This document shows positions 14,001 through 27,844 of a DNA stretch of 64,000 nt, piece after piece. Below the pieces are notes generated by a model, which saw only the letters and a program-made list of their open reading frames with translations, was not told the origin of the DNA and ran no database searches. The position numbers and the translations under genes are program-made. Source of the stretch: Selaginella moellendorffii (Eukaryota > Plantae > Lycopodiophyta); assembly GCF_000143415.4 (NCBI RefSeq), contig NW_003314264.1:1253624-1317623 (forward strand), written 5' to 3'. Numbering within the stretch: the first letter of the stretch is position 1; the number at the start of each line of letters is the position of its first letter.

Positions 14001-15844
14001 GTGGTCAAGGCGCTTAAGGAGTGGCGACACTACCTTGGGAGACACTTCAAGGTTTACACGGACAATGTGGCAACGAAACACTTCTTGTCACAGCCCGACC
14101 TAAGAGGGAAACAAGGTCGGTGGGCCAATGCCTTGGCCGAGTTTGATTGCGAAATTTTGTACAAGCCTGGGAAGAGCAACATCGTGGCGGATGCGCTAAG
14201 TCGAAAAGCGAGCTTGAGGTTGGCAATATCCAGCGCAACAGCAACCTTCTGGGACGATGTGCGGACAGCATATGAGAACGATGGTCTAGCACAAGAAGTG
14301 TTGTTGAGGAATCTAGAGGCGCAGGAAGCTCACCAGAGAGGTGAGCTGCCAACGAAAGAGAAAACGGGCTATGTGGAACGCAACGGACTCATTTATTACA
14401 AGCAAACGAGGGTGTATGTTCCAGAAGGGGAACTAAGGAAGGTGGCCTTAGAAGAGTGTCATGACGGACCTCTTGCGGGACATGGTGGAGTGCCCAAGAC
14501 GATGGGCTTACTCAAAAGGAAGTACCATTGGCCAGATATGGCGAAGGACGTCCAAGACTATGTAAAGACATGTCCAACATGTCAGCAGGTAAAAGCCGTG
14601 ACTAAGGCTAGTGGGGGCTTGTTGCAAAGCATCCCAATTCCAGATCGCCCGTGGAAATGTCTTACGATGGACTTCATCACGGGACTCCCCCCAAGCGAGG
14701 GGTTTGATGCGATATTCGTGGTGGTGGACCGATTTTCGAAAATGGCATATTTCATACCCACCACAACAGAAGTGGATGCGGAAGGTGTGGCGAAGCTGTT
14801 CTTCGAGCAAGTGGTTCGAGTGCGGGGAAGACCAGAAGAGATCATCTCAGATCGAGATAAGATCTTCACCAGTAGGTTCTGGAGGACTCTCCTCGAACAG
14901 TATCGCACCAAGTTGAAATTCAGCACAGCCTATCACCCACAGACAGGTATGGGGTATTAAGTCAAGTTGTTGGCACTAACACTTCTTGACAGACGGACAA
15001 ACGGAAAGGGTGAATAGGCAGCTGGAGGATTATTTGCGATGCTATGTCTCGGGAGACCAGACCGATTGGGTAAGTCATTTGGGACTTGCAGAAATGTGTT
15101 ATAACAACTCACCACATTCGAGTATCGAGGTGAGTCCATGGGAAGTCATCAATGGGCGAGCTATTGAAGGTCCCGTGGAACTCGGCGCGGCCGAGTATCA
15201 TGGAGAGTTGCCTGCAGTGGAGGCATTCACGGCGGAAAGACTTAGCATTTGGAATCTAGTGAGGGATTCCTTGGAACGGGCTCAACGAAGGCAAACCAAA
15301 TACGCGAACCAGAAGCGTCGGGATGTAGAGTTCCAAGCTGGGGAGAAGGTGTGGCTGAACACCAAGAACCTCAGACTACCAAGTGGGATCAGCTGAAAGT
15401 TGACCCAAAAGTAAAGATGCATGTATTCCTGTAAATGAATTGATCTTGAGTTCCTTAAGCAGGTTCGCGGGGCCTTACGAGATTGAGGCACGAATCGGTA
15501 AAGTGGCTTACCGACTCCGACTTCCTCGAGAGATGGGGAAGATGCACCCAGTGTTCCACGTGAACTTACTCAAGCCGTACTTTGAGGATCCGCTTCGCAA
15601 GGACCAAGTGAGACCTTTGCCTGAGGTTATCCAAGGGGAAGAGGAATACAAAGTCGAGGCCATCCTCAATGCGCACAAGAGCAAGCGACAAGGACGCGAG
15701 GTGAGAGAGTTCCATGTGAAGTGGAGAGGATTTTCACACTGCGAAGAAACATGGGAACCGGAGGAGAACCTAGCGAACGCTCGAGATCTAGTGGAGGAAT
15801 TTCTGCAAGGCAGAACTCTATGTACTTATGCAAAATTCAATTAA
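11073..15844 (+). CDS. Gag-Pol polyprotein (Gag, CCHC, PR, RT, RNase H, IN, chromodomain); two introns (14947-14992, 15411-15462) and one in-frame TGA (15394-15396)
   Basis: [48 protein letters not shown]; splicing restores [12 protein letters not shown] and KLTQKFAGPY; chromodomain [21 protein letters not shown]. Confidence 0.92.
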
Positions 15845-16235
15845 AAATATCAATTTGCAAAGTTGAGCAAGTGCAATATGTTGGGACCCGAAGGCGCGCC
15901 AAAGGTAAGCTAATTAGCATGGGTTGGATAGGTCGACCAGGCGTAGGGCACTACGCCCGACTCCCCCCGGGGATGTCGAATCCGTAAACGTATTCTACGG
16001 AGGTTGGGTTCGAGTCCCAACCCCCTAGTAAAGCAAGGCTGGGTTCAAGTCCCGACCCCATACTAGGGCGTGGTGAGGTGAGGAGTATAGGGACACCTAT
16101 ATTCCGTTGTCATGGGCTCTTGGCCGGGGAGGCTAACTTAGGCACACCGCTAAGTGGGGGGATGCCCCCGGAGACATGGTCAACAAGTCGTAGGATAAAA
16201 CGAGACGTTCGATGTGGGCATCGAACTTCTTCTAT

Positions 16236-16247
16236 GGGTGGTGGAGT
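16236..16247 (+). promoter_or_regulatory. Polypurine tract
   Basis: GGGTGGTGGAGT immediately before the 3' LTR. Confidence 0.8.
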
Positions 16248-17410
16248 TGTAAGGAACCGACTCCCCGAGATGTCGTAGGCTAAAGGATCCCCAAAAGCTT
16301 GACCGAAATGACAAAGAGTTCATCGGATGGGACCAAGTCGAGGATCGAGTCCAAGACCGACTCTAGGACCGAGTTCGAGATAGAGTCCGGAATCGAGTCC
16401 GAGACCGACTCGGGGACCGAGTTCGAGTCCGAGTTCGAGACCGAGTTCGAGACGGAGTCCGAGATCCGAAATCGGGTCCGAGACCGAGTCCGAGGTCGAG
16501 TCCGAGGTCGAGTCCGAGGTCGGGTCCGAGATCAGGTCCGAGATCGAGTCCGAAATCGAGTCCGAGACCGAATCCGAAGTCAGATCCGAAATCGGGTCCG
16601 AGATCGAGCCAGAGACTAAGTCCAAATACTAATACAGGTCAAGGGGTGAAAGCCTAAAGCGTGCGTCTCCCAGGGGGGGGGGGGGGCTGCAGGGGGTTCC
16701 AAAAGTATAGTAGGGATAGTGAGGTCCAGGAACCAGTTTTGAAGGGACTCTCCAGTTGGGCTTCCAAACCGACTTGAGGTTGAGACTGGGAGCGAGGGGC
16801 CTTGGGTGGGAGTGAGCATGGACTTGGCTGGTGCCGGAGGGGCCATCCAAGGAAGTGCTCAAGAGCAGCTCCCACTCCCGAAAGGGAAACCGACTGCGGT
16901 GCTCCCGGCTCAAGTGGAGTGGTGCCCCACTTGAGTACCTTGTGGCTCATTGGTCCTCGCCCTTCCGGGGGCTTGGGCCTTCCCTTCGGGATGGAAGAGG
17001 GGGGGTAGAGGTACCCATACCGGGCCGTTGGGCCACAGTGTTTCGCCCTGACGTCCCGAAGCAAGTGTTGCACTCAAGGCTTGGGATTTAGAGGGTCCCA
17101 TGATCAAGTCTTGTGGTACCAAGGGGTGTTAGGAATCTGGAGGCTTGGTGTGCTTGGCTGCTTGTGCCTGCGGGGAGTGTAGCCGAACCTTAAGTCCAGT
17201 CTAACCCGGGGAGGGGGATTGGGAGAGATTTGGGAATCCGTGGATGGATGGCTAACACTCCGTTGCTCGTGCAGTAAGTAGCTGAAACCAAGTAGGAGCT
17301 GGTACCATAGGCGAGAACCTTGGCGAGGGAACTTAGCACAAGCCAAGGCAGAGTTGGTCGGATAGGCGAGGTAAGCTGGCAAATTGGAAAGGAAAAATTT
17401 GTGGCTTACA
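16248..17410 (+). repeat. 3' LTR (1163 bp)
   Basis: Matches the 5' LTR apart from scattered substitutions, repeat-unit number and G-tract length (G14). Confidence 0.97.
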
Positions 17411-18567
17411 TTCATCTAGTCGCTTTCCATTCTCAGAAATTCCAGCCTACGGAGATCAATTACGAAATCCATGACAAGGAGCTCCTTGCCATCATGGATT
17501 CCTTTGGAGAGTGGCATCGTTTCTTGGAGGGGGCAAGCCATCAAAAAACAGTCTGGATGGATCACAAAAATCTAAAGTACTTTCCCACTTCCCGAGTTTT
17601 GAGCCGTTGTTAGGCAAGGTGGGCACAATTCCTGAGTCGGTTTGACTTTGTTATCAAGTACAGACCTAGAAAGCTTCAGGGCCTTCCTGATGCTCTTTCA
17701 AGGCACTCCTATCTTAGTCTCAGGCCTGGTAATCCTACCTTCGATCAACAGGATCAAGTTATCCTCGGTCCTGATTGGCTTCAAGTTATAGCAATTTCCC
17801 TAGCCCCTCAGAACTCCTCCTTGATGGATGCGATCAGAAACGATCTTCAATCCGATGACCTTGCTAGTGACATTTTTTCCCCCATCTTCAAACTGGACAC
17901 CTAGTGACTCCCGACTGCCGGCGATTTGACGAGTTCAAGTTCTTAGATGGCTTGTTGTACGGTGGGGAGCAGCTTTACATTCCTGAAGGTGATGCTCGAA
18001 GGTTGGTCCTGATGGCGTGCCATGATAGCCTGACTGCCGGTCACTTTGGCATTGCGAAAACCTATGAGTTGGTTGCATGGGACTTTTGGTGGCCTCACAT
18101 GGATGACTACATCAAAGCTTTTGTTACCTCCTGTGACACTTGCACCCGGAATAAGGTACCTCGCCACCTTCCTTTAGGTTTGCTTCGTTCCCTCCCCGTC
18201 CCTTCAGGTCCTTGGGAATCCATCTCCATGGATTTCTTGAGTGATCTTCCAAGTTCTGGAGGCTTTAACAGCATTTTAGTCGTGGTGGATCGCTTCACAA
18301 AGATGGCACACTTTTTGCCGTATACCAAGGATTTTTCCGGCGAGGACATGGCAAAATTGGTATTCAAGGAAATTTACCGAGTTTATGGGATTCCTACAGA
18401 TGTGGTTTCAGATTAGGGACCTCAGTTCATCTCTCATTTCTGGCAACAGTTCTTGCAGCTACTTGGAGTGAAGGCCAACCTCTCTTCAGCGTATCATCCT
18501 CAAACTAATGGATAGTCCGAGCGAATGATTCAGATGTTGAAACAATTTCTGAGGTGCTTCATCAACT

Positions 18568-20328
18568 TGTAAGAGACTAATTTTTCCATTCTACTTTAGT
18601 CACTTAACCACACCTCTGACTATTTGGAGGAGTCTCACTCACAACCTCCATAAGTCTTATTCTAGACTTGGGGCTCGCTATCCCCAAAAATAGCATCTAT
18701 GCCACTCAACTTTTGCACTTGGTAGAAGTGCTCCACATGTCTAATCCCATGACTAACACCCCAAGGTACCACCGACATATCAACCTGTTACGCTAAGCCA
18801 TGCCCATTCACCTTGGTCACAAGTCCAACACCACCTGCATTGCAATCCCGTCTCTCAAAGACTGGGCCATCCGTCCATGAATGGTCATGCTAGATCCACT
18901 CCTTAGCATCCTTAGGATGTCTGCAAACATGGGGAACAGCCTTCCCCAATATCTTTGTTCCAGTCCCCACCAATTCCCTTTTTGTCCATGGCCGTGTTCA
19001 CCAACACTGCCACTGGATCAAGGCCCACAGGCTTGACCACTAAGTCCCATTGTCCTCTAGGACTTTTTCACTATGTGACTGTGTCCTTGGTCACCACACT
19101 AGAGGGCTACCCCTCTTCCTTTCCACAGTCTGGGACTTTGGGACAACATTTCGGAACACCATGGCCCTACGCGAGCCTCATGAGTACTCTCCCTGCCTTC
19201 CACCTTTAGGTGCTTTAGCTATGGGCTTAGAGCGAGGTTCCGTTGAGCCACGCCATGTATCCAAGTAGGTAGTGCCACCCACATTTGGACTGGGAGCATT
19301 GACCATTCAATCTTTCGGGGGAACTAGCACCGGCTCTTGAATACTTCACCAAGCTACCCTGCTTATCGGTCTGTATTCACTCTAGCCTTGGACTTCCCAG
19401 TGGTTATCCCATCACCCAACACCTAAGTACAACCTTCCTGGGCTAAACTAACCTTTTCTGGCCAAATTGGCTCCACTAGAGTCCTCCCTCTTACTATACT
19501 TTTGGAGCTCACCAAATCCCCCAGGGTTTGGGAGACGAACGCTTTGGGCTTTCACCCTCTCAGACTCAAACTTGGACTCGGACTCGGACTCAGACTCAGA
19601 CTTGGGCTTGGGCTCGGTCTTGGCCTCGGCCTTAGTCTCAGTCTCGGTCCCGATCTCGATCCCGGTCTCGGTCTCAATCTCGACTTTAGACTCCATCTCG
19701 GGTCCTTCTCGGACTCCATCTCGGGTCCATCTCAGACTCCATCTCAGACTCCATCTCGGGTCCATCTCGGGTCCATCTTGGATCCATCCCAGACTCCATC
19801 TTGGGTCTATCTCGGACACTTCTATGTGTCATGTGTTGGTCCTCTTGTGTCCTTTTTCTAGAGACTCACTTATTGCTTGCTCCGTGCTTGTTCCTTGAGC
19901 ACTTCATTGGGAGTTCCACTCCCGCTCTCGACCTTTCAAGTTGGAGTTTTTAGTCCAACTGTGTTACGCTCATTTGGTTTTTGCTTCGGCCATTACCACA
20001 TGGCACCCTTCTGGCTCCACTTTGGGGCTTAGGGATTTGTGTCTCACACAACTATCATTAAGATGATTGATTCGATATCCTTCCCCTTGCTAAATTCTCC
20101 TATAACAACTCTGTTCACTCCTCCCTTCGAGTTTCCCCCTTCTTTGCAAACTCTGGCCCAAATCCTCAATTCAATCTCTCACTTCCTTCTCTATCTAAAT
20201 CCTCTTGTTCAAATCCCCATTTTGAGGCATTTGTCTCCAACCTCCAGGAAATCCACAATTCCATCTCCTTCCACCTCCATCATGCTCGGGAATCTCACAA
20301 AACATTAGTCAGGATTGTCCCCCTTACA
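18568..20328 (-). mobile_element. Inverted solo LTR of a family related to the 9867 element
   Basis: TGTAAG...CTTACA termini; shares gggtgaaagcccaaag..tccaaaagtatagta and the hexamer array with the 9867 LTR; flanks caact/atatt do not form a TSD. Confidence 0.8.
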
Positions 20329-20853
20329 ATATTGGGGATAGGGTTTGGCTCCTTAGGCGAAATATCTCCACCACCAGGCTATGTCCCAAACTTAATTTCA
20401 AATGCCTCGGTCCTTTCCTTATCATTGCCATTATTAATCCTATCAGTTATTGCCTTGCACTTCCCTCCTTATATCAAATTCACCCTGTTTTTTACTCCTC
20501 TCTCCTTATATTCCCAATCCTATTTCAAATTAGGTCATTCCTCTGCCTCCACCAGTGCAGCTCGAGGATGGGTCTGAGTACGAGGTTTAGGACATCCTTG
20601 ATTCCAAAATCTCATGGTCTAAACTCTACTATCTGATAGACTGGAAGGGTTACAGACCTGAGGAACGCACTTAGGAACCTACAGACAACTTGATTCATTC
20701 TCCTGACTTTGTTCAGGACTTCCACCGCCGCTATCCTTCTTGTCCTAATCCTCATTCTTTTCATTCTCCATCTCTTGTCCTTCGACATCCATCTCATCCT
20801 CCTCTTCATTCTCATTCATGTCCTTGTTCCACTCATTCTTGAGGAGGGGGTGC

Positions 20854-21205
20854 TGTCAGGAATCCCCCAATTCTTGCCACATTCCTAACTCTTGCCAAAT
20901 TCCTGACCCATAGACCACATTCCTGACTCTCGAGACACTTCTCTATTCCTGACTCTCTGATTTCCCGTACAATTCTTAATTCTCGAACCACATTCCTGAT
21001 GATGATGTGGCACCTCCTCGACCTTAGTTATATTTAGGTTGTCCTCGATCCAAAAGTGGTGGAGCTTCATCACCTTATAGTATATATAGATTAGTTTTGT
21101 TCTATTTCTCCACAATCTGAATTAACGCCAGTTTAAGTTATATTTTTTGTCTCCACTAGTTTTTCTCTTTGTCTTCTGCATTTTCCAGTCCTAATGTTGT
21201 TGACA
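20854..21205 (+). repeat. 3' LTR of the outer Tcn1-like element
   Basis: PPT GAGGAGGGGG at 20841-20850, then TGTCA...TGACA. Confidence 0.75.
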
Positions 21206-21527
21206 GCACTCACAGTTTATAATTTATAAACTTTTTAAAACATTTTCTAGTATATTCTAATTTATTCTACCATGTAAGTTGATATTCAATAAGATTAATC
21301 TTGTGTTTATAAACTTCCATTCTATTAATTGGATTAATACATGAGATATAGCAAACCAAGTGCACAGCAATTTTATATCTCTATAGAATTTTAACTCTAT
21401 AAGCTCTATTATTTTATTAACCTAATAATCTATTGATCCGACGGCTGTCGTTGGTTGAACGGTGACGATTGTTTCAAAAGACCTAATATTGGGGTTTTTA
21501 CGGTCTTTGTAGGGTTAAGTTCAAGCT

Positions 21528-24500
21528 ATGGATGCCTCTTCATCTAGAAAGCGTGGGCGAGAGCCGGATGAAGAGGAGGAGAGAAAGCGACTTAAAAGAG
21601 GTGAGATTGCTCATATGAGCTTTCATCTGGAGTCGGCGCTTGCGGAAATTGCAGACCTTGAATGTAAATTGTGGGAAGCCGGGGAGGATGCCGAACTAAA
21701 GGAGCAGATAGCCTCAGAGAAAGTGCGGGCGAGTCAACTCCAGGAGGATATGTCGAAACTGGAACGCGAGCTCTCTGAAATCCTCCAGCCGCCACCTGAA
21801 TACTGGAAAAGAGTGGAGGGTATTGCCGAATCAGCATTTGCGCAGGAGTACCAAAGAGTTGGGGGATTAGACAACGTGGAGTCGTTGCGTGAGAAGCTGG
21901 AAGAAACAGGAGAGGACTGGAAGACGAAGAAAACCATGATAGCACCTGTTGTCACGTTAGTTCAGTCGAGTGGCTGGGGAAAGTCGAGGACTACCTGCGA
22001 GCTTGCGAATTTAGGTGTGTTCGTCATCTACTGCTCATTCGCCTCATCTGGCACCGCGTACCCTCCAAGGTCTGCCTTTGCGGACTTCTTCTACACAAAC
22101 GCCGTCAAATTGCTCAGCTCGGGTTCTACGCTTTTGTCGCAGAGCAGGTTCATGCTCTTCTGCATTGACTACTTTGTGTCATGCATCGAGGCTCTTCTGC
22201 ATCTGACTTCCGGGGAGGACCCCATGGATGCCAAGAAGTTCTTGAACGATCTCATGGTTGGGAAGAACTTTTGGGACGTGGTACAGGCGAAGATGGAGAT
22301 AGGAAACAAAGCCCGGGAGGAGTTTGCTAATCGCCTTGACGTCGACCTGAAAGAGAAGCCTGGCGAGAAAAGCAATATGTGGGGCATCTGGGAAAGTAAG
22401 GTGTTTAAGAAGTACAACACGCTTGAAGGTCTACTGTCGAATGTTCCAGCTCCTGCCAAAGGAAAACTGAAGGTCCTGTTTGTCATGGACGAAGCCCGAT
22501 GGTTTACTTCGCATGCTGATCCGACAACTGTTGCTGCATTTGTTCCTGCAAGGAGGGCTTCCAGAGTGTTGCCTGAAAATGGAAGTGTGTCGGTGATGTT
22601 CACCGACACAGACGGGAGGCTAAACAGTTTTGCGCCGCCCAATAAGGCATCCGGTTTAGGGTTTAGTAGCGATCGAGTGGCTGCGGCGGGAAAGCTAGTT
22701 GCACATCCAGCGTACTGCTTTTTCTTGGCAGACTTGCCATCGGACGAACAAACAGGTGGCCTTCTGCTTGCTCAAGTTGAAGATCTGGGTCGTCTTTGCG
22801 GCTATGGTCGGCCACTGTGGCAAGCATTGGTGAAGGCTTCCGCAAGTGCACGTGACGTGCTGCTTTTGGCTGTAGATAAGCTCCTGGGTGGCACTGGTTC
22901 GTTCGACAAGTGTATGCTTGAAAGAGGAGGTCTATCACATGAGGCTTGTCTGGCTACACTGGGCTGCAGAGTATGCATTGACATCAATCCGCATGCCACA
23001 ATTATCACTGATATGGTTGCAAGTCACCTACTTAGCGTGATGTCCATTTCTGATGACCGGACTCTTGTTTGGACGCATTGGGCTACGGAGCCACTGGTTG
23101 CAGCGGCTGCAGCACAGGTTTTGCGTGCACAAGGGAAGGTTGGGACAGGGTGGAAGGAGTGCTTGGAGGCACTTGTAACTGGGATGAAGCGTGGATGGGT
23201 TGATCGAGGTTACAGGGGCGAGTTGGTTGCACGGGTGCTGCTCCTACTTGCAGTGGATAGTCTAGGCAGAAATTCATGGAAGTGCTTTACTTTTGACGAG
23301 CTTTGCCGTGGCTTAAGTGGGAAGTCGCTGTCCGATCTTATTAGAGAAGGTGAGCAGAATTCAGCATCTCCGACCCCCAAAGCTCCAGATGGTGGAGGAG
23401 AAGTGCAGGTCGAAGTAAACATGCCACCACCTCCGGCCTCGGCTTTGAAGCGTAGGAGAAGGGTTAAAGGAAACAAAAAAATTCCGGGTCAGCCGCAGGT
23501 GGCTTCAGCGTCCCTGTCCAAAGCTCCAGGAGAAAACGCGCAGGTCAAAGTAAAGACGCCGCCACCTGAGGTGAAGTTGCCATCTCCAACGCTGACGGCC
23601 TCGAAAGCTCCAGGTGGAAGTACGCACACTGCTGAAGGTGAAGGGGAAACAAAACAAGCAGGTGGCTCTATAGATGGAAGTGGTAAAGAAGAAATCCACA
23701 GAAACATGGGTGAAGCCAAGTTTTTTTGCTTGCTATTCAGGAAAACCGACTTCCGACTGCAGGAGCTCACCGCAAAAGATTTGCTTGAATTTGGAAAGGC
23801 TGGCGTAGGAATCATTTGCTGTGAAAATGAATGGGGCATAGACATCGTCATCGTTGGGTTCTTTGGTGACACGTTTAGCCTGGAGACGATGACACTCATT
23901 TTGGTGCAGGTGAAACACACAGAGAAACATGATGTTGATTTAGCATGTGCTAAATGCTCTCCGGAGTTTTCTCAGATGTTCAGTAGCAGTGCAGGGCCTC
24001 AAGGTTGGACTGGGTTGAAGGTGCCATATGCCCGTCTGGTTTTGAATGTGGCCCATGTGCCTTCCAGCAGTGTTCGTTACAGAACTAGGAAACTTGTCGC
24101 AGAGGCATTGCTGAAGAAGAAGCCTACAAATCATTCCATGGCAATGGCTCTCCATGATGCTCATCTGGAATGCAAAGGCCTTCAGGAATGGACAAAAGGC
24201 TATGATGGGGATAGATCACACCCGGTATTCAAGTCATGGGAACGGTATTTTGCTTCAGATGATCGTCTCCAACACATTGTGGTTATTGAAGGTACGTTTG
24301 TGCTGTTTCATTTTCAATCACTTGATGTTATCTTTTGCACTCCAGGTTTGGATGCATTCTCATCCAAGGACGAAGTGAAAGACCTGGTCGACATCTCTCT
24401 GGATTCTACTGCAGACATGAGGAAACTAGAACAAGTTCAGAAGACGTATGCACATAGAATGTTCGGATGGGTTAAGAACACAGTAATGCGCAAGTGTTTG

Positions 24501-24605
24501 GAGCCAAAGCTCAGTGTGAAAAAGAGTAAGTAAAATTGAGATTTTTTTTGAGAAATAATCTGAATTTTTTTCTCCATTGCAGAGGTGCAGATGGAATTAT
24601 CTTAG
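21528..24605 (+). CDS. Crinkler/RHS-type (CR) protein: coiled-coil header + P-loop NTPase + PD-(D/E)xK restriction-endonuclease-fold domain
   Basis: Walker A LVQSSGWGKSR, Walker B LFVMDEA, GYGRPLW, RGELVARVLLL, nuclease-like GIDIV...ILVQVK; predicted introns 24292-24345 and 24526-24582; TAG at 24603-24605. Confidence 0.82.
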
Positions 24606-25824
24606 GTGGTGAGATTTAAGGACTTTCTAGATTCTAGAATCAAGAGCATAATTATTAAAACTGAAAGATTCCTTTTCTATTTTTTTGCATGTGGTATGTT
24701 GTATTATTCAGGTTTCTTATGGTTTATGTTTAGGCACTAAGTTCCATTAATTTATAATTCGTGTTAGGGCTGTTTATAGTCCTATCATTTCACTGTAATG
24801 TATAAATTTTTTCTTTCTAATTTGTGTATTAAAAGGGTTTTAGTCCGACTTTATTGATTGGTTATGGGAATCATACTATATATTAATTGACATTTGGCAA
24901 GTTTAATTTGCTCCCACTGGGCTCGAAAGTGTTAAAATAATGAAGTTCTTGGAAGAGTTGTATTTCTCAGTTTTTATTCACAAGGGTGTGAATTTATAAG
25001 GAAGTGTGGTGGATTATAAGCAATTAATAAAATAACTTCAATTATAAAGAAAAATGCACTTTTTTTTCAATCGGTTAAGGGTTTTTTGGGATATTTGAAG
25101 TTAAACATCATTAGGTTTGAATAATATTCAACTGAGTGACCTCTCGAAAAGTCCAAATTCAGGAGCTTACATTTGCTATTTTGCTACTCCCTCCCTTGGA
25201 GCTTTGCCAAATTGGAATATTTAGAAATCTATTCTTGAAAATATATTCTCTTTTCCATGATTTGTTAGCATCTAACACATAAGTGTTTTTTGCTCAACTT
25301 TGTTATTTGAATTTCTTCTAATGATTTCTATAACCTAAATTTAGCCATTAGTCTCGAGATATTCTTTTGTTTCCATAGCAAAAGCTCAACTTTGCCAAAT
25401 CTAAAAATTGTTCACCCCTAGTAAATTTTCTTAGCATTTTTTGCTATGGACTTTATGTACGGCCTAATTTAGTAACCCACCCATAAGTCTCTTTCTTAAA
25501 TTTGCAATACCATTGTATTATTACAATTCATTTCTCTTAGCTATCTTTCCCACTTGGTTACTTCGACTAATCCACACTATTACCAATAGTTCAAATTAAC
25601 ATTTTGAACTAAAAACTTTACTTCCTTAACCTCACAAAATTTTATCTTTATTTTAGCCATAAAATCATTTAATAATTTAATTTTTGACATTTTAATAAGT
25701 AATATTAAATCTTTGAGACTTTTAACTTGTTAACCATAACCCTGGAGTCCTTTTGTCCAGTTTTAACTCGGATTCGCCAGAAACCCCTCCTTAGGATTTA
25801 TAAAGTTTTATTCTCTTCCTTTCG

Positions 25825-27765
<1,941 letters not shown>

Positions 27766-27844
27766 GCTAAGAGCAAAGCTCTATTGTTTTAGGTGGCATT
27801 ATCTCCGAGGAAGAGGGACAGGGAGAATTTAGGGTTGCCGCGCG

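Larger units (their letters stand above)
9867..17410 (+). mobile_element. Full-length young Ty3/gypsy chromovirus LTR retrotransposon with 5-bp TSD TTCAT
   Basis: TG...CA LTR pair, TSD ttcat at 9862-9866 and 17411-17415, tRNA-iMet PBS, PPT, gag-pol with chromodomain. Confidence 0.97.
9438..21205 (+). mobile_element. Old 5'-truncated Ty3/gypsy chromovirus (Tcn1-like), host of two nested insertions
   Basis: RT end and RNase H (9438-9866) continue at 17411 (LVAFHS..NYEIHDKELLAI); integrase 17904-18567 and 20329-20520; chromodomain EYEV*DILDSK..YLIDWKGY..ERT*EP at 20550-20740; many stops. Confidence 0.9.

Noticed and set aside
15815-15875. Possible third intron after the chromodomain (AT-rich island)
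   Set aside because: Weak splice signals, and no conserved motif is restored by removing it
16330-16612. Repeat array resembling CRISPR
   Set aside because: Contiguous degenerate 6/12-mers with no unique spacers, inside a eukaryotic LTR
25365-25450. Short inverted repeat TCCATAGCAAAA...TTTTGCTATGGA
   Set aside because: Too short and no TSD, so it cannot be called a MITE
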